This document shows, one piece after another, positions 1-9,836 of a DNA stretch of 64,000 nucleotides. The position numbers and the translations under genes are program-made. Positions within the stretch are counted from its first letter, which is position 1. Each line of letters opens with the position of its first letter. Source of the DNA: Elusimicrobiota bacterium (GTDB lineage: Bacteria; Elusimicrobiota; Elusimicrobia; UBA1565; JACRDR01). The notes below the pieces were generated by a model that saw only the letters and a program-made list of their open reading frames with translations, was not told the origin of the DNA and ran no database searches. The stretch covers positions 32,001 through 96,000 of the forward strand of contig JBGFSC010000007.1 in NCBI GenBank assembly GCA_041694815.1, in the 5' to 3' direction.

Positions 1-521
1 GCAAGCACCCTATCGAAATCGCCGCCGACGCGGTAGCGCTTGTAGGATTCAGGCGTGGCACCGTCGATGGAAACGCTCAAGATGTCCAAGCCAGAGCCGA
101 TGAGGCCGTCTGCCATCGCTTCGGTGAGGTCGTTGAGGTTGGCGTCGAGTTTGACCTCGATGCCGTAGCGCTTGGCGCAGGAGATCATCCGCGGCAGGTC
201 CTTGTTGAGCAGCGATTCACCCCAGTTCATGAGGTCCATGTGGATCACGTAGGGGCCGACGCGCTCCAACAGACGCTCGAAATGATCCAGACGCAGCATC
301 GCCTTGTCGCGCACGCCGCGGCCCGCGCCCGTCGGACAGAAGGGGCATTGGAGCTGGCAGAAATTGGTCGGATCGACCGTCAGCCAATAGGGTTTGCCCA
401 GGAGCCAGGAATGCCCGCGGGCCAGTTGCGCCTCAACGAGCAGGTAATTGGCCCATTTGCGGTAGGCTCGCGCCCGCCAAAGGCGCTGGGCTACCGGCCA
501 TTCACCATATGGGCAGAACAC
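1..521 (-). CDS. Radical SAM protein (3' end runs off the window; start uncertain)
   Basis: Not in the ORF track; translated by hand: ...GKPYWLTVDPTNFCQLQCPFCPTG...MNWGESLLNKDL...SVSIDGATPESYKRYRVGGDF. CxxxCxxC motif present; candidate GTG start at 521. Confidence 0.9.
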   Translation of the reverse strand, partial: MFCPYGEWPVAQRLWRARAYRKWANYLLVEAQLARGHSWLLGKPYWLTVDPTNFCQLQCPFCPTGAGRGVRDKAMLRLDHFERLLERVGPYVIHMDLMNWGESLLNKDLPRMISCAKRYGIEVKLDANLNDLTEAMADGLIGSGLDILSVSIDGATPESYKRYRVGGDFDRVL

Positions 522-546
522 GTCAAAAAGGCTTCGAAGCGATGGC

Positions 547-1266
547 TTAATGAGTCTCCTCCACGAAAGACCTGACGCAGGCGGCGTAGGAGCAGCCGGA
601 CGCCTTCAGGCGCGAATGGTCGTAGGCCCCCGCGCCGAAATTGGAGCAATCCAGGAAACGGCAGTCCGCCGCCCGCGCGAGCGACCACTGCTGCGTCCAG
701 AGACCCTCGCTCATCCGTGCGAAGGAGGCTCCCGTAATCTCCGCCCGGGCACCCTCCCGCAACAGAAAACCCGTCTCCAAGTCCTCAAGCCTGCTGCCGT
801 CGCAAGCGATCCTAGATAAGCCCCAAGCGAGCAGGCCTCGCTTGGCATAGGAAAATTGGACATCAGCCAAGAAAGCTCGAGCATCGTCAAAGCACTGGAT
901 CAAATGCTCCTCGGCCCCCTCCAACGCCGCATGCTCGATCTCAAGGCGTCCGGCGCCAAGCGCCGTGATGCCACCCCAGGGCTGGCCCCGGCGCCCGAAA
1001 CGTATCGGCTTGGCAGGGCTTCCGCGAGCGACCAAGCGGCCTAAAACAACCATATCGCAGCGCGAGCGCAGCGAGGCCTCGATGGGGTAGCCCTCCGGGG
1101 CGCTGCGGAAGATGGAGCAGGACCATCGTGGGGACGGAGCAAAACCCAGCTCGGTTCCAGGAGCCAAGGTCAAGATCACTCCCCTCGGAACGACGAGATC
1201 TCCTGTGATGGCGACCTGGCCCGCAAAGGTCGTATCCAGTCCAAGCTCGCCGCTATACTCCGTCAT
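547..1266 (-). CDS. Right-handed parallel beta-helix (pectin lyase-like) repeat protein
   Basis: N-terminal 'ITGDLVVPRGVILTLAPGT...LVARGSPAKPIRF...WGGI' followed by ~22-aa beta-helix-like repeats. Confidence 0.75.
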   Translation of the reverse strand: MTEYSGELGLDTTFAGQVAITGDLVVPRGVILTLAPGTELGFAPSPRWSCSIFRSAPEGYPIEASLRSRCDMVVLGRLVARGSPAKPIRFGRRGQPWGGITALGAGRLEIEHAALEGAEEHLIQCFDDARAFLADVQFSYAKRGLLAWGLSRIACDGSRLEDLETGFLLREGARAEITGASFARMSEGLWTQQWSLARAADCRFLDCSNFGAGAYDHSRLKASGCSYAACVRSFVEETH

Positions 1267-2216
1267 AGGGCCCGCTCCTCAGCGCCGTCCATAGGCATGA
1301 ATAGGTCCACACGCCGCGGGTGCACCTTCTGGTAGTGATCCCAGAGATAAGACGCCTCGCCGCAGAAGCATCGGTTTTTGGGGCAGGCCGTGGGGCCCTC
1401 GAGCAGCTCGAACTCCGAATCAAAAAGATTGCCTAGAGGCGCGACATGCCGAACGCTGCTGCCGCAACGGTAAACGTCCCCGTTGGACAGTACCTTGGCA
1501 TACGCGTATCCCGAAGCGCAAGGCTTGCCCAGCGGAGATTCCGGTAGTTCATAGTGGTCCGTCAAGTCGTGGACGTGCCGGGCCAATGATCGCCGCTCGG
1601 AATCCGTATAAGATGCGGGGTAGAGACGATTTTCGAAATGCCCGAAGAACACTTGTATCCAAAGTGGAAATCCGTTACGCCCGAAAAGGGATTGCAAACT
1701 ATCCAATCGGTCCATAAAAGGCGGCCATGCAACAACCGATGCCGAGCACTCAAAGCCCCGTCTCTTGAGCAATCTCAGCTTCTCCAAGAAGGGTTCGGCT
1801 TCCGTATACTGGGGATGGAAGGACGCGCTGAAGCGCAACCGCTCCGCGGGGACGGCGTCAGCCAAGGTTTCGATGCGGGGCCATGGCAAGGACAAATTAG
1901 TAACGACCGTCACGAAGTGCTTGCGCGTTATTCCGGCGAGGAGCTCGTCGACCTTTCGATACAGCAACGGCTCTCCCCCAAGAATAGTCAAATGCACGCT
2001 GCCGTATTGTTGGTACACGCGGTCCCAGCAGGCCCGCCATGCGGAGGGCTCGATCCACTCCTGGAAATCCTCCATTTGCTCCCACGATCCGGTCATTTCC
2101 CAGGGGCAGTATGAGCATCGATAATTACAGGAATACCATAGCTCCCAGACGATCTGGAGGCCGTGCCACTCGTCCCGGACACGCCACTTTGCGGCAAACG
2201 GCTCCTTGATTTCCAT
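1263..2216 (-). CDS. Radical SAM protein with C-terminal twitch/SPASM-like Cys cluster
   Basis: CNYRCSYC, GGEPL, C-terminal CASG...GDVYRC...CPKNRCFC. Confidence 0.9.
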   Translation of the reverse strand: MEIKEPFAAKWRVRDEWHGLQIVWELWYSCNYRCSYCPWEMTGSWEQMEDFQEWIEPSAWRACWDRVYQQYGSVHLTILGGEPLLYRKVDELLAGITRKHFVTVVTNLSLPWPRIETLADAVPAERLRFSASFHPQYTEAEPFLEKLRLLKRRGFECSASVVAWPPFMDRLDSLQSLFGRNGFPLWIQVFFGHFENRLYPASYTDSERRSLARHVHDLTDHYELPESPLGKPCASGYAYAKVLSNGDVYRCGSSVRHVAPLGNLFDSEFELLEGPTACPKNRCFCGEASYLWDHYQKVHPRRVDLFMPMDGAEERAL

Positions 2217-2221
2217 GACGA

Positions 2222-3427
2222 TTATAAGGCTCCAGCCGCCAGCCTCTCGACGTCGCCCGCCTTGAAATAAGGGCCGGGATCGAGACCTCGCCGGAGGATC
2301 TCCTCAAGCAATGCCGCCTGTTGCCGCGGGCGATTCGTCAGGTGACAATAGATATTGTCGACGTTGAAGCCTTTATAGCGAATGCAGCTCCGGCACCAGG
2401 GATGCGGCTCTCCCTGCGCCATGCCGCGGCGCAGCTCGCGATAAAAAGAGTTATTCCAAATGGAATCGAGCTCGTCGCCCTTCTTCAAGTCGCCGACGTG
2501 CTCACCCCAGAAGCAGCACGGGATTACCGATCCTTGCAGCTCGACATAGAGGTGCTGCCACGGGTCGTAGCAGAGCTCGTTCGCGGCGGCGGCCGGGGCG
2601 GCTTGGGCGTTGAAAAGCGGCGGCAGCTGGACCTGGAAAGCCTCCGGCTTGGGCAGACTCGAGGCTCCGCGCTCGAGCGCCTCCGCCGTCTGTTTGGCCT
2701 CCAGGATGCTACGGTTGGCCCGCTCCTGGTCGAAGAAGCAGGACATGCCGATATGCTCCGGGGCGAACATCGTCATGTGGAAGGCCCGCACCTCTTGCAC
2801 CTTCAGGCGCCAGGCCAATTTTAGTAGCTCCGAGAGGTCATCGATATTGCGAGTGGTCAGGACGTCGACGAGCACCAAGTGGAGCTGCCTCCCCAAATCA
2901 TGCCTGTCCCTCAGCTCGGCCAAGTTCTGGATGTTCGCGATCACCTCATTGAAGCCGCCTTCGAGCTGTGTAAGCTCCTCATGTAGCTTCGCATGCGAGG
3001 CATGGACCGATAACTGAATCGCGTATTTCCCCTTCAATATCCGTTCGACGACCGAGGGTCGCAGCGGCGTGGCGTTCGTGGTGAAAATCTTCCAAGTCTC
3101 CGGAATAGTTTCGTTGATGTAATCCAGGAACTCTTCGATGCCGGGCACCCAGAGAATTTCACCGAAACCCGTGAACGTCACCTTCTCGGCGTTCTTGATG
3201 TAACGGCCCATCCGGGCCTCGAAGAAATCCTTGTAAATCTGCAGGCTGAAGCGCGAATAACTGCCCTCGAGGCAGAAAACGCACTTGGCGTTGCAGGCAT
3301 TGTGCGTGCCCAGCGTCACCAGGCGCGGCGTCGAGGCCAGTTCCAGGCGGCGAGCCTGAAACTCTTCGTTATTTAAGCGTACGTTGGCTTCGCGCCCGAT
3401 AGGCTTGGTCTCGATCGAAACGTCCAA
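2222..3427 (-). CDS. Radical SAM/SPASM(twitch) protein
   Basis: CNAKCVFC, GFGEIL, C-terminal CYDPW...GSVIPCC...WCRSC; TTG start preceded by GGAGGGGAGGG. Confidence 0.9.
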   Translation of the reverse strand: MDVSIETKPIGREANVRLNNEEFQARRLELASTPRLVTLGTHNACNAKCVFCLEGSYSRFSLQIYKDFFEARMGRYIKNAEKVTFTGFGEILWVPGIEEFLDYINETIPETWKIFTTNATPLRPSVVERILKGKYAIQLSVHASHAKLHEELTQLEGGFNEVIANIQNLAELRDRHDLGRQLHLVLVDVLTTRNIDDLSELLKLAWRLKVQEVRAFHMTMFAPEHIGMSCFFDQERANRSILEAKQTAEALERGASSLPKPEAFQVQLPPLFNAQAAPAAAANELCYDPWQHLYVELQGSVIPCCFWGEHVGDLKKGDELDSIWNNSFYRELRRGMAQGEPHPWCRSCIRYKGFNVDNIYCHLTNRPRQQAALLEEILRRGLDPGPYFKAGDVERLAAGAL

Positions 3428-5025
3428 CGCGTTCCCTCCCCTCCAAGGATTGCCTCGGCCCTATCCGGCCGACCGAGTGCCCGATAACAGGATGCCAGCG
3501 CCTCTAGCGTAGTCCGATTGACGGACTCCAAACGAAGCGAGCGCCTAAAGCAGAGTATGGCGCGCCGGTAATTCCTTTTGTAGAGATGGTATTCGCCGAG
3601 CAAATACCATTTATCCGGCTTCCGCGCGAGGATACCCGAAGTCTCGGGGATGCGCAGCTGCAACGCCAGCTGGCAGAACTCCTCATAGCGCTTGAAGCGC
3701 TCCGGATAGTCGTTTTCGCCTCCGTTCGATTCCCAATAGAGATGGTGATCCTGACCCGAGATGCCGAACTCCTCAGGCTGGCTGTGGAGCGCCGTATTCT
3801 TGTCGATCACGCAGAAGGACTGACTCGCTAGAATCGTATCGATATAAGGGCGGTTCTTGACCAGGAAACGCATGGTATCCTGAAAATCCTCCCGGCTTTC
3901 CGTCGGCATGCCGAACATGATGTTGACCTGCGTCCCGATGCCCGCCTCGTGGGTCGCCTTGAGCGTCTCATGCGCGTTGCGGTTGGTGAACTTCTTATTG
4001 ATGCGCCATCGCAGTGCCTCGGAACCGCTCTCGATGCCGTAACCCAGCCACACACAGCCGGCCTTGGCCATCTTTTCCATGAGGCCCTTGTTCATGCCGG
4101 GATTGACGATGGCCTGCCCCGCCCAGCGGATTTTGATCCCGTCTTGGATGACGAGCTCGCAGAACTCATTTAAGGCCTTGAGGCTGCCGTTGAGCAGCGA
4201 TCCGATGAAATAAAAGTAATCGACCTGAGGGTAGCGCGCGATCTGAAATTTGACCTCGTCGAACATGCGGCGTCCCGACATCGTGCGGAAGCGACGCCAG
4301 AACTGCCATTCGCTGCAGAAATGACAGGTGCGCACGCAACCCCGACTGTCGAAGATCTCGAGCCGGTGGGGGCTATTGTAGCGCCGGCCGACGATATCCT
4401 CGGAGAAGTCCGAATAGTCCGGGAACGGCAGGGCGTTAATATCCTCGATCAGCGGACGGTCGCCGCAGTCGAGGATGCGGCCGTCCTGGCGCAGGATCAG
4501 GCCGGGAATGGGCCGGATTGCTCCGTGACGCTCGACCTCGTCGAGCAGCGCGCGGAATGTCTCCTCGCCCTCCCCTACCGCCACGGCGTCGACGGCGGGG
4601 TCGGCGGCGAAACGAAGCCCCGCTTGCTCACGCGAGCACTGGGGGCCGCCGAAGACGACTAGCCGCCCGGGATCCTCCCGCTTGATGCGGCGGGCGATCT
4701 CAAGACTGAAGAGGAAGGAGGTAGTGTGCGTCGTAAACCCCACGACCCGCGCGCCGCTGTCGAGGATACGCCGGACGGACCGCGACACCGCAGCCTCATT
4801 TTCGCACGCGAGTTGGCCGACGCGGCTCGGATTCTCCCAGAAGGAATAATAATCCTTATCGAGCCACATGCGCTCGTAGCCCGGCGAGCGGTGGTAGAGG
4901 TCATTATTAAGATCAAAGCAGGCGGCCTCATGCCCAGTCCGACGCAGATAGGCGGCCAGGCAGGCCAAGGAAAACGGAGGGCACTCCCGACCCCAGCCGG
5001 GACATTGGACCAAAGCGGACTTCAT
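3373..5025 (-). CDS. B12-binding radical SAM protein with C-terminal TPR
   Basis: N-terminal B12-binding domain (PPFSLACLAAYL...VFGGPQ...VGEGEET), SRGCVRTCHFC, GIESGS, TPR-like 'WYLLGEYHLYKRNYRRAILCFRRSLRL'. Confidence 0.92.
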   Translation of the reverse strand: MKSALVQCPGWGRECPPFSLACLAAYLRRTGHEAACFDLNNDLYHRSPGYERMWLDKDYYSFWENPSRVGQLACENEAAVSRSVRRILDSGARVVGFTTHTTSFLFSLEIARRIKREDPGRLVVFGGPQCSREQAGLRFAADPAVDAVAVGEGEETFRALLDEVERHGAIRPIPGLILRQDGRILDCGDRPLIEDINALPFPDYSDFSEDIVGRRYNSPHRLEIFDSRGCVRTCHFCSEWQFWRRFRTMSGRRMFDEVKFQIARYPQVDYFYFIGSLLNGSLKALNEFCELVIQDGIKIRWAGQAIVNPGMNKGLMEKMAKAGCVWLGYGIESGSEALRWRINKKFTNRNAHETLKATHEAGIGTQVNIMFGMPTESREDFQDTMRFLVKNRPYIDTILASQSFCVIDKNTALHSQPEEFGISGQDHHLYWESNGGENDYPERFKRYEEFCQLALQLRIPETSGILARKPDKWYLLGEYHLYKRNYRRAILCFRRSLRLESVNRTTLEALASCYRALGRPDRAEAILGGEGTRWTFRSRPSLSGAKPTYA

Positions 5026-5087
5026 ATATCCGGACCGTTTATATCAGGCATTTCTTGTTTAAGCAATACATTCTCAAAGAGAATTTT

Positions 5088-5933
5088 TTATTGAATTGCG
5101 CCGAAATCACAAATATCCTGACCGTGTATGGCCGCCTTCTCTTGCAAATCGACATCCATGGCTTCGTTGGCTAAGAAATTGTTGGAAAATAAGTTGATTT
5201 CGCTAGCCCCGGTTCCATATACGCCTATACGATTGTGCCATATCCTACAAGTCCGCACGTCCGCCTTGGCATCCGCGCTAGCACTGATCGCGGTATGATT
5301 TCGCTCCATGTGGGAGCCAACGACGGAAAAAACCGAAGCCTCCATCGCGTTGACCCCGCACTGCGCGCTATCAAAGACCCGACAGGCACCCAAGGAGGCC
5401 CGGGCTAAACCCTTAGCGGCCACCCCCGTGGCGTTATGCTGCAGCAGGCAATCCTCAAGCGAAACCTGCGCCCCCGCTTCGGCCAGGATACCAACGAATC
5501 GCTGCTCTCGTACGGAGCAACGTCGAAGCACAACGGTCGCCCGACCGCAGCAGTGGATCGCGTTTCCTCCACGGTAGAACGAACAGTCTGCAAGGCTCGC
5601 GGACGCCTCCTCATCGATCGTCAATAGATCACCATCTAGCCCCTCGAAGCGAGCATAAGATAGTACCCCTTGCGCGCGTTTGACGAAGCGTACACCCGAC
5701 CATTCGCCCTCGGGGAAGAAAAGGACCTCCTTCCCGGGCAATCCATCGACTCGAAGCACCCCCCTGACTTCGATCCCGGGCAGGCCGCGCTCGCCTCCGC
5801 GAAAAATCGCCTTGGTGCCCCTTGCGACCGTCAAAGTGCTGCCCGCTGGGACGACCACGGGGCCCAGAACTCGGACGATGCCTTCCCATCTCGATCCCAC
5901 CTCGCCGCTGGAGACAACGGTTTCACGAAGCAT
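5088..5933 (-). CDS. Right-handed parallel beta-helix repeat protein
   Basis: 'VLGPVVVPAGSTLTVARGT...VRGVLRVDG...WSGVRF' followed by repeats ending N-x-x-G-V. Confidence 0.8.
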   Translation of the reverse strand: MLRETVVSSGEVGSRWEGIVRVLGPVVVPAGSTLTVARGTKAIFRGGERGLPGIEVRGVLRVDGLPGKEVLFFPEGEWSGVRFVKRAQGVLSYARFEGLDGDLLTIDEEASASLADCSFYRGGNAIHCCGRATVVLRRCSVREQRFVGILAEAGAQVSLEDCLLQHNATGVAAKGLARASLGACRVFDSAQCGVNAMEASVFSVVGSHMERNHTAISASADAKADVRTCRIWHNRIGVYGTGASEINLFSNNFLANEAMDVDLQEKAAIHGQDICDFGAIQ

Positions 5934-5940
5934 GGTCCTC

Positions 5941-7134
5941 TCAGCCGACGTCCCGATAGGCCTTGCCCCAGGACTTGCCGAAACCGAGCGCCATGCCTCG
6001 GTCCAGGATGGGATTGGCGATGCAGTTTAGCCAGCAATCGCAGCTGCAGGAATCAACATAGCGACGCTCGCGCTCCGCCTCGGCGGAGGTCCAAACGGCA
6101 TCAAAGGACCGCTTCGCCACGCTACCGATGGTCCTATGCTTGTTGACGGGGCAATAGAAAAGATTACCCTCGGGATCGAGCATCGCGTAGCGCTGTCCAG
6201 CCATGCAGTCCTTGAAGAAGCGCTCCTGCTTCCGGGCGTACTTCTTAAGATAGGCCCAATAGAGCAGGCGTGTCCAGAGCCACAGGGACTCGGCGGCCCG
6301 CCCCTCGCGCAAGCGTTCCCAGGCCCGCTCCTTGAGGCATAGGTCCATCAAGATAAGGTCGATCTGCGCCTCCACGGCCTCGAGCTCTTTCTTCTTCCAA
6401 TTGAAGGTTTCGGGCGCCTCAAGACCGCGGTGATTGACCACCAACTGGGCTCCGAACCACAGCCCCATACCGCTGACGAATCGGTAAGCGGGCCAAAGCT
6501 CTTTGTAATTCTTCGGCGTCACGGTCAGGCTGAAGGAGAAATCGACGCCGGGAAATTCCTTGCGCAGCATCTCCACCGAACGGACCAGACCACGAAAGGC
6601 TCCCTTTCGTCCGCGGATCTCATCGTGTTTTTTTTCCAGCCCGTCCAAGGAGGAGCCAAGCCAAACCCGCGCGGCGCCCGCCTCCCGGAAAGCGAGAAGC
6701 CGGCGACGGACGAGCTCGTGGTTCCAGAGATTGGTCAGTACGCCGATGGACGACTTGGGAAAATGGCCCGCAAGGAACCCGACCACATCGACGATTTCGG
6801 GCTTCATCATGGGTTCGCCACCGGTGATGACGACGATCTCGACATCCTTTAACAGCTTGGAGCCCGTGACGAAGCCACGGATCTGATCCAGGCCCATCTC
6901 GCGCGAGACGGAGCCCGGATCCTTGAAGGGCATCTCCCAATGATGGCACATGATGCACTTGAGGTTGCAGCGGTGCGTTAGCTCGATGTGGAGTTCTCGG
7001 ATCGGCTCGCCGTCCTTTCGTCCTCCCAATCGGGCCAAGCCACGTTCGAGCGGCTTCTCAAGCGCGGTGAGCACCTCTTCGAGTCGCCGCTCGGGCGAAG
7101 CCGGAGGCGTGATTTTTTCGTCGGTCACCTGCAT
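5941..7134 (-). CDS. Radical SAM/SPASM protein
   Basis: CNLKCIMC, TGGEP, SLDG, CMAG...PEGNLFYCP...CSCDCWLNC. Confidence 0.92.
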   Translation of the reverse strand: MQVTDEKITPPASPERRLEEVLTALEKPLERGLARLGGRKDGEPIRELHIELTHRCNLKCIMCHHWEMPFKDPGSVSREMGLDQIRGFVTGSKLLKDVEIVVITGGEPMMKPEIVDVVGFLAGHFPKSSIGVLTNLWNHELVRRRLLAFREAGAARVWLGSSLDGLEKKHDEIRGRKGAFRGLVRSVEMLRKEFPGVDFSFSLTVTPKNYKELWPAYRFVSGMGLWFGAQLVVNHRGLEAPETFNWKKKELEAVEAQIDLILMDLCLKERAWERLREGRAAESLWLWTRLLYWAYLKKYARKQERFFKDCMAGQRYAMLDPEGNLFYCPVNKHRTIGSVAKRSFDAVWTSAEAERERRYVDSCSCDCWLNCIANPILDRGMALGFGKSWGKAYRDVG

Positions 7135-7209
7135 GGAGGCCTACAGTGTATCGGGGGTGCATCATGCTGTCAAGCAGAATACAATCGCGCCGCTGCGATG
7201 AATGCCGGG

Positions 7210-8481
7210 TCAGCGCGCCAAGACACTGCGGTAAACGGCGTCGAGTTGATTCGCCCTGCGCGTCCAGGAGTGGGAGGACTCGACGAAGGCCCTGCCGCCG
7301 GACGACAGCCGTTCCCAGAGTGCCTCATCTTCTAGAACTCGAAGCGTCTGCGCCGCGAACGCCCGAGGGGAATCGGCCAGCAGCAACTCCCTGTCGGCAA
7401 CCCCTTGGATCCCCTCGTTGGCGCAGGAGGTCGCCACGACAGGGGTCCCAGCGGCGAAGGCCTCCAAGAGTTTTCCCTTTATCCCCTGGCCGAGTCGGAT
7501 GGGAGCCACCAGCGCCATCGCTCCGGTCTCGTACGGCTTGACGTCCTCCACGGTCCCGGTGACGGCGATGCGCCGGTCCCACTCGGCCAAACGGCGGATC
7601 GGCTCGGTCGGGTAGGAGCCGACGATGGTGAAGCGGACGCTAGGCCGCCGCCTCCATATTAAAGGCAATATCTCCGTGGCGAACCAAAGCACTGCGTCCT
7701 CGTTCGGGTAGTGGGGATAATGGCCCACGTAAACGAGGTTATCAGGCTCGCGGTTTTGCCGGGGCGGCAGCTCCGCGAAATGTTCCAAGTCGACTCCGGT
7801 TGGAACAACGTGGATTTTTTTGGAGTCCGCGTGCCGGCCCAGCCGGCGGGCGTCCGCTTCCGTCAATACGATCATCCCATCCGGGTCGCAGCACACCTTC
7901 CGCGTGAAAAGAATGCGCCGCCACCAGGGGACTAGGCGCCGGAAGCGCCGCCAGCCGCTCATCTCTCGAAAATACGACCTAAACAGCGAAATCGAGCCCA
8001 TGTCATGATGTGTGAAAAGGCAAGGAATCTTGGGGAACTCTGCCTTGATCCAGCGGATATACGGGGCCATCAAGTCGAACTCAACGTGCACCAATTCGAC
8101 GTGCCTGTCCCGGATCAGTTCATAAATTTTCTCGCGCATCGATGACGCGTAAAAGCGCCGCACGTCCTCGGGAACGGCGGTACCATCGAGGCGCTCCATG
8201 CCGGGCTCAGGCTCGTAACTGTGCGCTACCGTATGGATGTCATCGAAAATACCGCGGAGATGGACGTGTTCGAGCCTAATGAACTGCGCCGTGTTGCGGG
8301 CGGCGTCCGCTTCGGGGTCCGAGATACCCGAATACGAGCGCCATGGATTAAAGAAGGTTAGCAGTTCGAACCGATAACGGTCCTTTAGGTATTTGCAGGC
8401 CGTCCACACTCGGCGGGAGCCGGCGTCTACTGGAAAAGGTGCCCAAGGCGTTACCATCAGCACGCGAGGCGATGGACTCAT
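7210..8481 (-). CDS. Glycosyltransferase family 4 (GT-B)
   Basis: VVPTGVD, YVGHYPHYPNEDA, APIRLGQGIKGKLLEAFAAGTPVV. Confidence 0.9.
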   Translation of the reverse strand: MSPSPRVLMVTPWAPFPVDAGSRRVWTACKYLKDRYRFELLTFFNPWRSYSGISDPEADAARNTAQFIRLEHVHLRGIFDDIHTVAHSYEPEPGMERLDGTAVPEDVRRFYASSMREKIYELIRDRHVELVHVEFDLMAPYIRWIKAEFPKIPCLFTHHDMGSISLFRSYFREMSGWRRFRRLVPWWRRILFTRKVCCDPDGMIVLTEADARRLGRHADSKKIHVVPTGVDLEHFAELPPRQNREPDNLVYVGHYPHYPNEDAVLWFATEILPLIWRRRPSVRFTIVGSYPTEPIRRLAEWDRRIAVTGTVEDVKPYETGAMALVAPIRLGQGIKGKLLEAFAAGTPVVATSCANEGIQGVADRELLLADSPRAFAAQTLRVLEDEALWERLSSGGRAFVESSHSWTRRANQLDAVYRSVLAR

Positions 8482-9836
8482 GTGCCCTGGTGCTGAAGAT
8501 AAAGCTCCCGCGCGATGGACGCTAAATTCCTTTCTTGAAAGTTAGCTGCGCGCAACCACTCGATCGGACTGAGATTCCATTTGTTTAAGAAAGCGCGATG
8601 GAAGTCTTTTCGACCGCCAACGGCGGCCGCGCGCAGCGGTCGAGAGTCCAACATGGCCGCCTCGGCCTGGAAAACATAAAAACCGTTTTGGCGAGCCTTG
8701 ATACATAGATCGATAACTCCGAAAGACCAGCCCAAGGCCGGATCGAACCCGCCCAAGGCATCTGACACGGCCCGCTGTAGCAAGAAACAGTCGTCGTGGA
8801 CCTGGGCGACGGCCCTTGTGGCGCCGCGATGGCGCAGCGCCCAGGCCTCGCCGTGGAAAAGCCAGTCCTTCCAGCGGGCCGGGGCGTTCTTGGCGCGCGA
8901 GGCGCCGACCAAGCCGGCCAAGGGCAGCTGTCGCGCTGATTCGGCGAGCTCGACGAAGGTTCCTGGATGAAGGCGCGCCGAAGGGGTCAGGAACAGCATG
9001 TGGCCGGCACTGCTGCGGCGAAGTTCCGCGTTGATCTGCCGGATAGCCGCCTCCTCGCCGTGGTAACGCAGCCAGCGAATCCCGGGCCAACGCTGGCCCC
9101 ACCGGCCAATTTGAAAGGCCCTTACGCTGTTTGGGACCAAAAAAGAGTTCCTTCGCAGCGGCGGTAGGCAGCGCCTCCATTCCGCGAGGCGGTATTCGGC
9201 CAACCCTGCCGGCGCGAACGCGATAAGTTCGATATCACGGTAAAAGTCCGGGCGCTGTACCCCCAAAAAGAGCGATTGGATCCGCTCCGAAAACGGTGAC
9301 GGCCCGGGCAGAAGCTCGATGGGAACCGCTAGACGGCCGGCGAACGTCTCCAGAGATCGGATGCCCCCTTTATCGGTGGCGAGTATCCAATCGGCAAGGC
9401 TGAGCAGGAATTCGGTCTTGGTGCGCTCACCCTCATTAAGCGGTGCCGGCAGCCATGGCCGATCTAGAACGATCACGTATGGGACATGGCGAGCATAGCT
9501 GTGCAGGGCCTCCAAGCATTGGGCGGCGGTCCGAGCCCCAATCAACACCACGCCCGAGATGAGCTCCTCGCTGATGAGGCGCTTGATCAAGGGGAGCGTA
9601 TCGACCTCCACCGCCTCGATGCCGGTGGACCCCGTGGGGATCCTCGCCCCGCCCGGTGCGGGCGCCCAGAAAATGCGCCATTCGGACGCCACCGCCCGCC
9701 AAAACCGCCCCCCAGGAGCAACAGCCGGATGGGACGAAGGCGGAGAGACGACCAGCAACTCCTTGCGGCGATCCCAAGTGGGCGGACCGCCGTTAAATGG
9801 GTTTGGAGGCATGATCTTGAACGAACTGCTGAACAA
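8478..9836 (-). CDS. Putative glycosyltransferase (degenerate GT2-like C-terminal half)
   Basis: C-terminal 'CFLLQRAVSDALGGFDPALGWSFGVIDLCIKARQNGF' resembles a GT2 C-terminus; no clear DxD; operonic with wzt and the GT4. Confidence 0.55.
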   Translation of the reverse strand: MFSSSFKIMPPNPFNGGPPTWDRRKELLVVSPPSSHPAVAPGGRFWRAVASEWRIFWAPAPGGARIPTGSTGIEAVEVDTLPLIKRLISEELISGVVLIGARTAAQCLEALHSYARHVPYVIVLDRPWLPAPLNEGERTKTEFLLSLADWILATDKGGIRSLETFAGRLAVPIELLPGPSPFSERIQSLFLGVQRPDFYRDIELIAFAPAGLAEYRLAEWRRCLPPLRRNSFLVPNSVRAFQIGRWGQRWPGIRWLRYHGEEAAIRQINAELRRSSAGHMLFLTPSARLHPGTFVELAESARQLPLAGLVGASRAKNAPARWKDWLFHGEAWALRHRGATRAVAQVHDDCFLLQRAVSDALGGFDPALGWSFGVIDLCIKARQNGFYVFQAEAAMLDSRPLRAAAVGGRKDFHRAFLNKWNLSPIEWLRAANFQERNLASIARELYLQHQGT

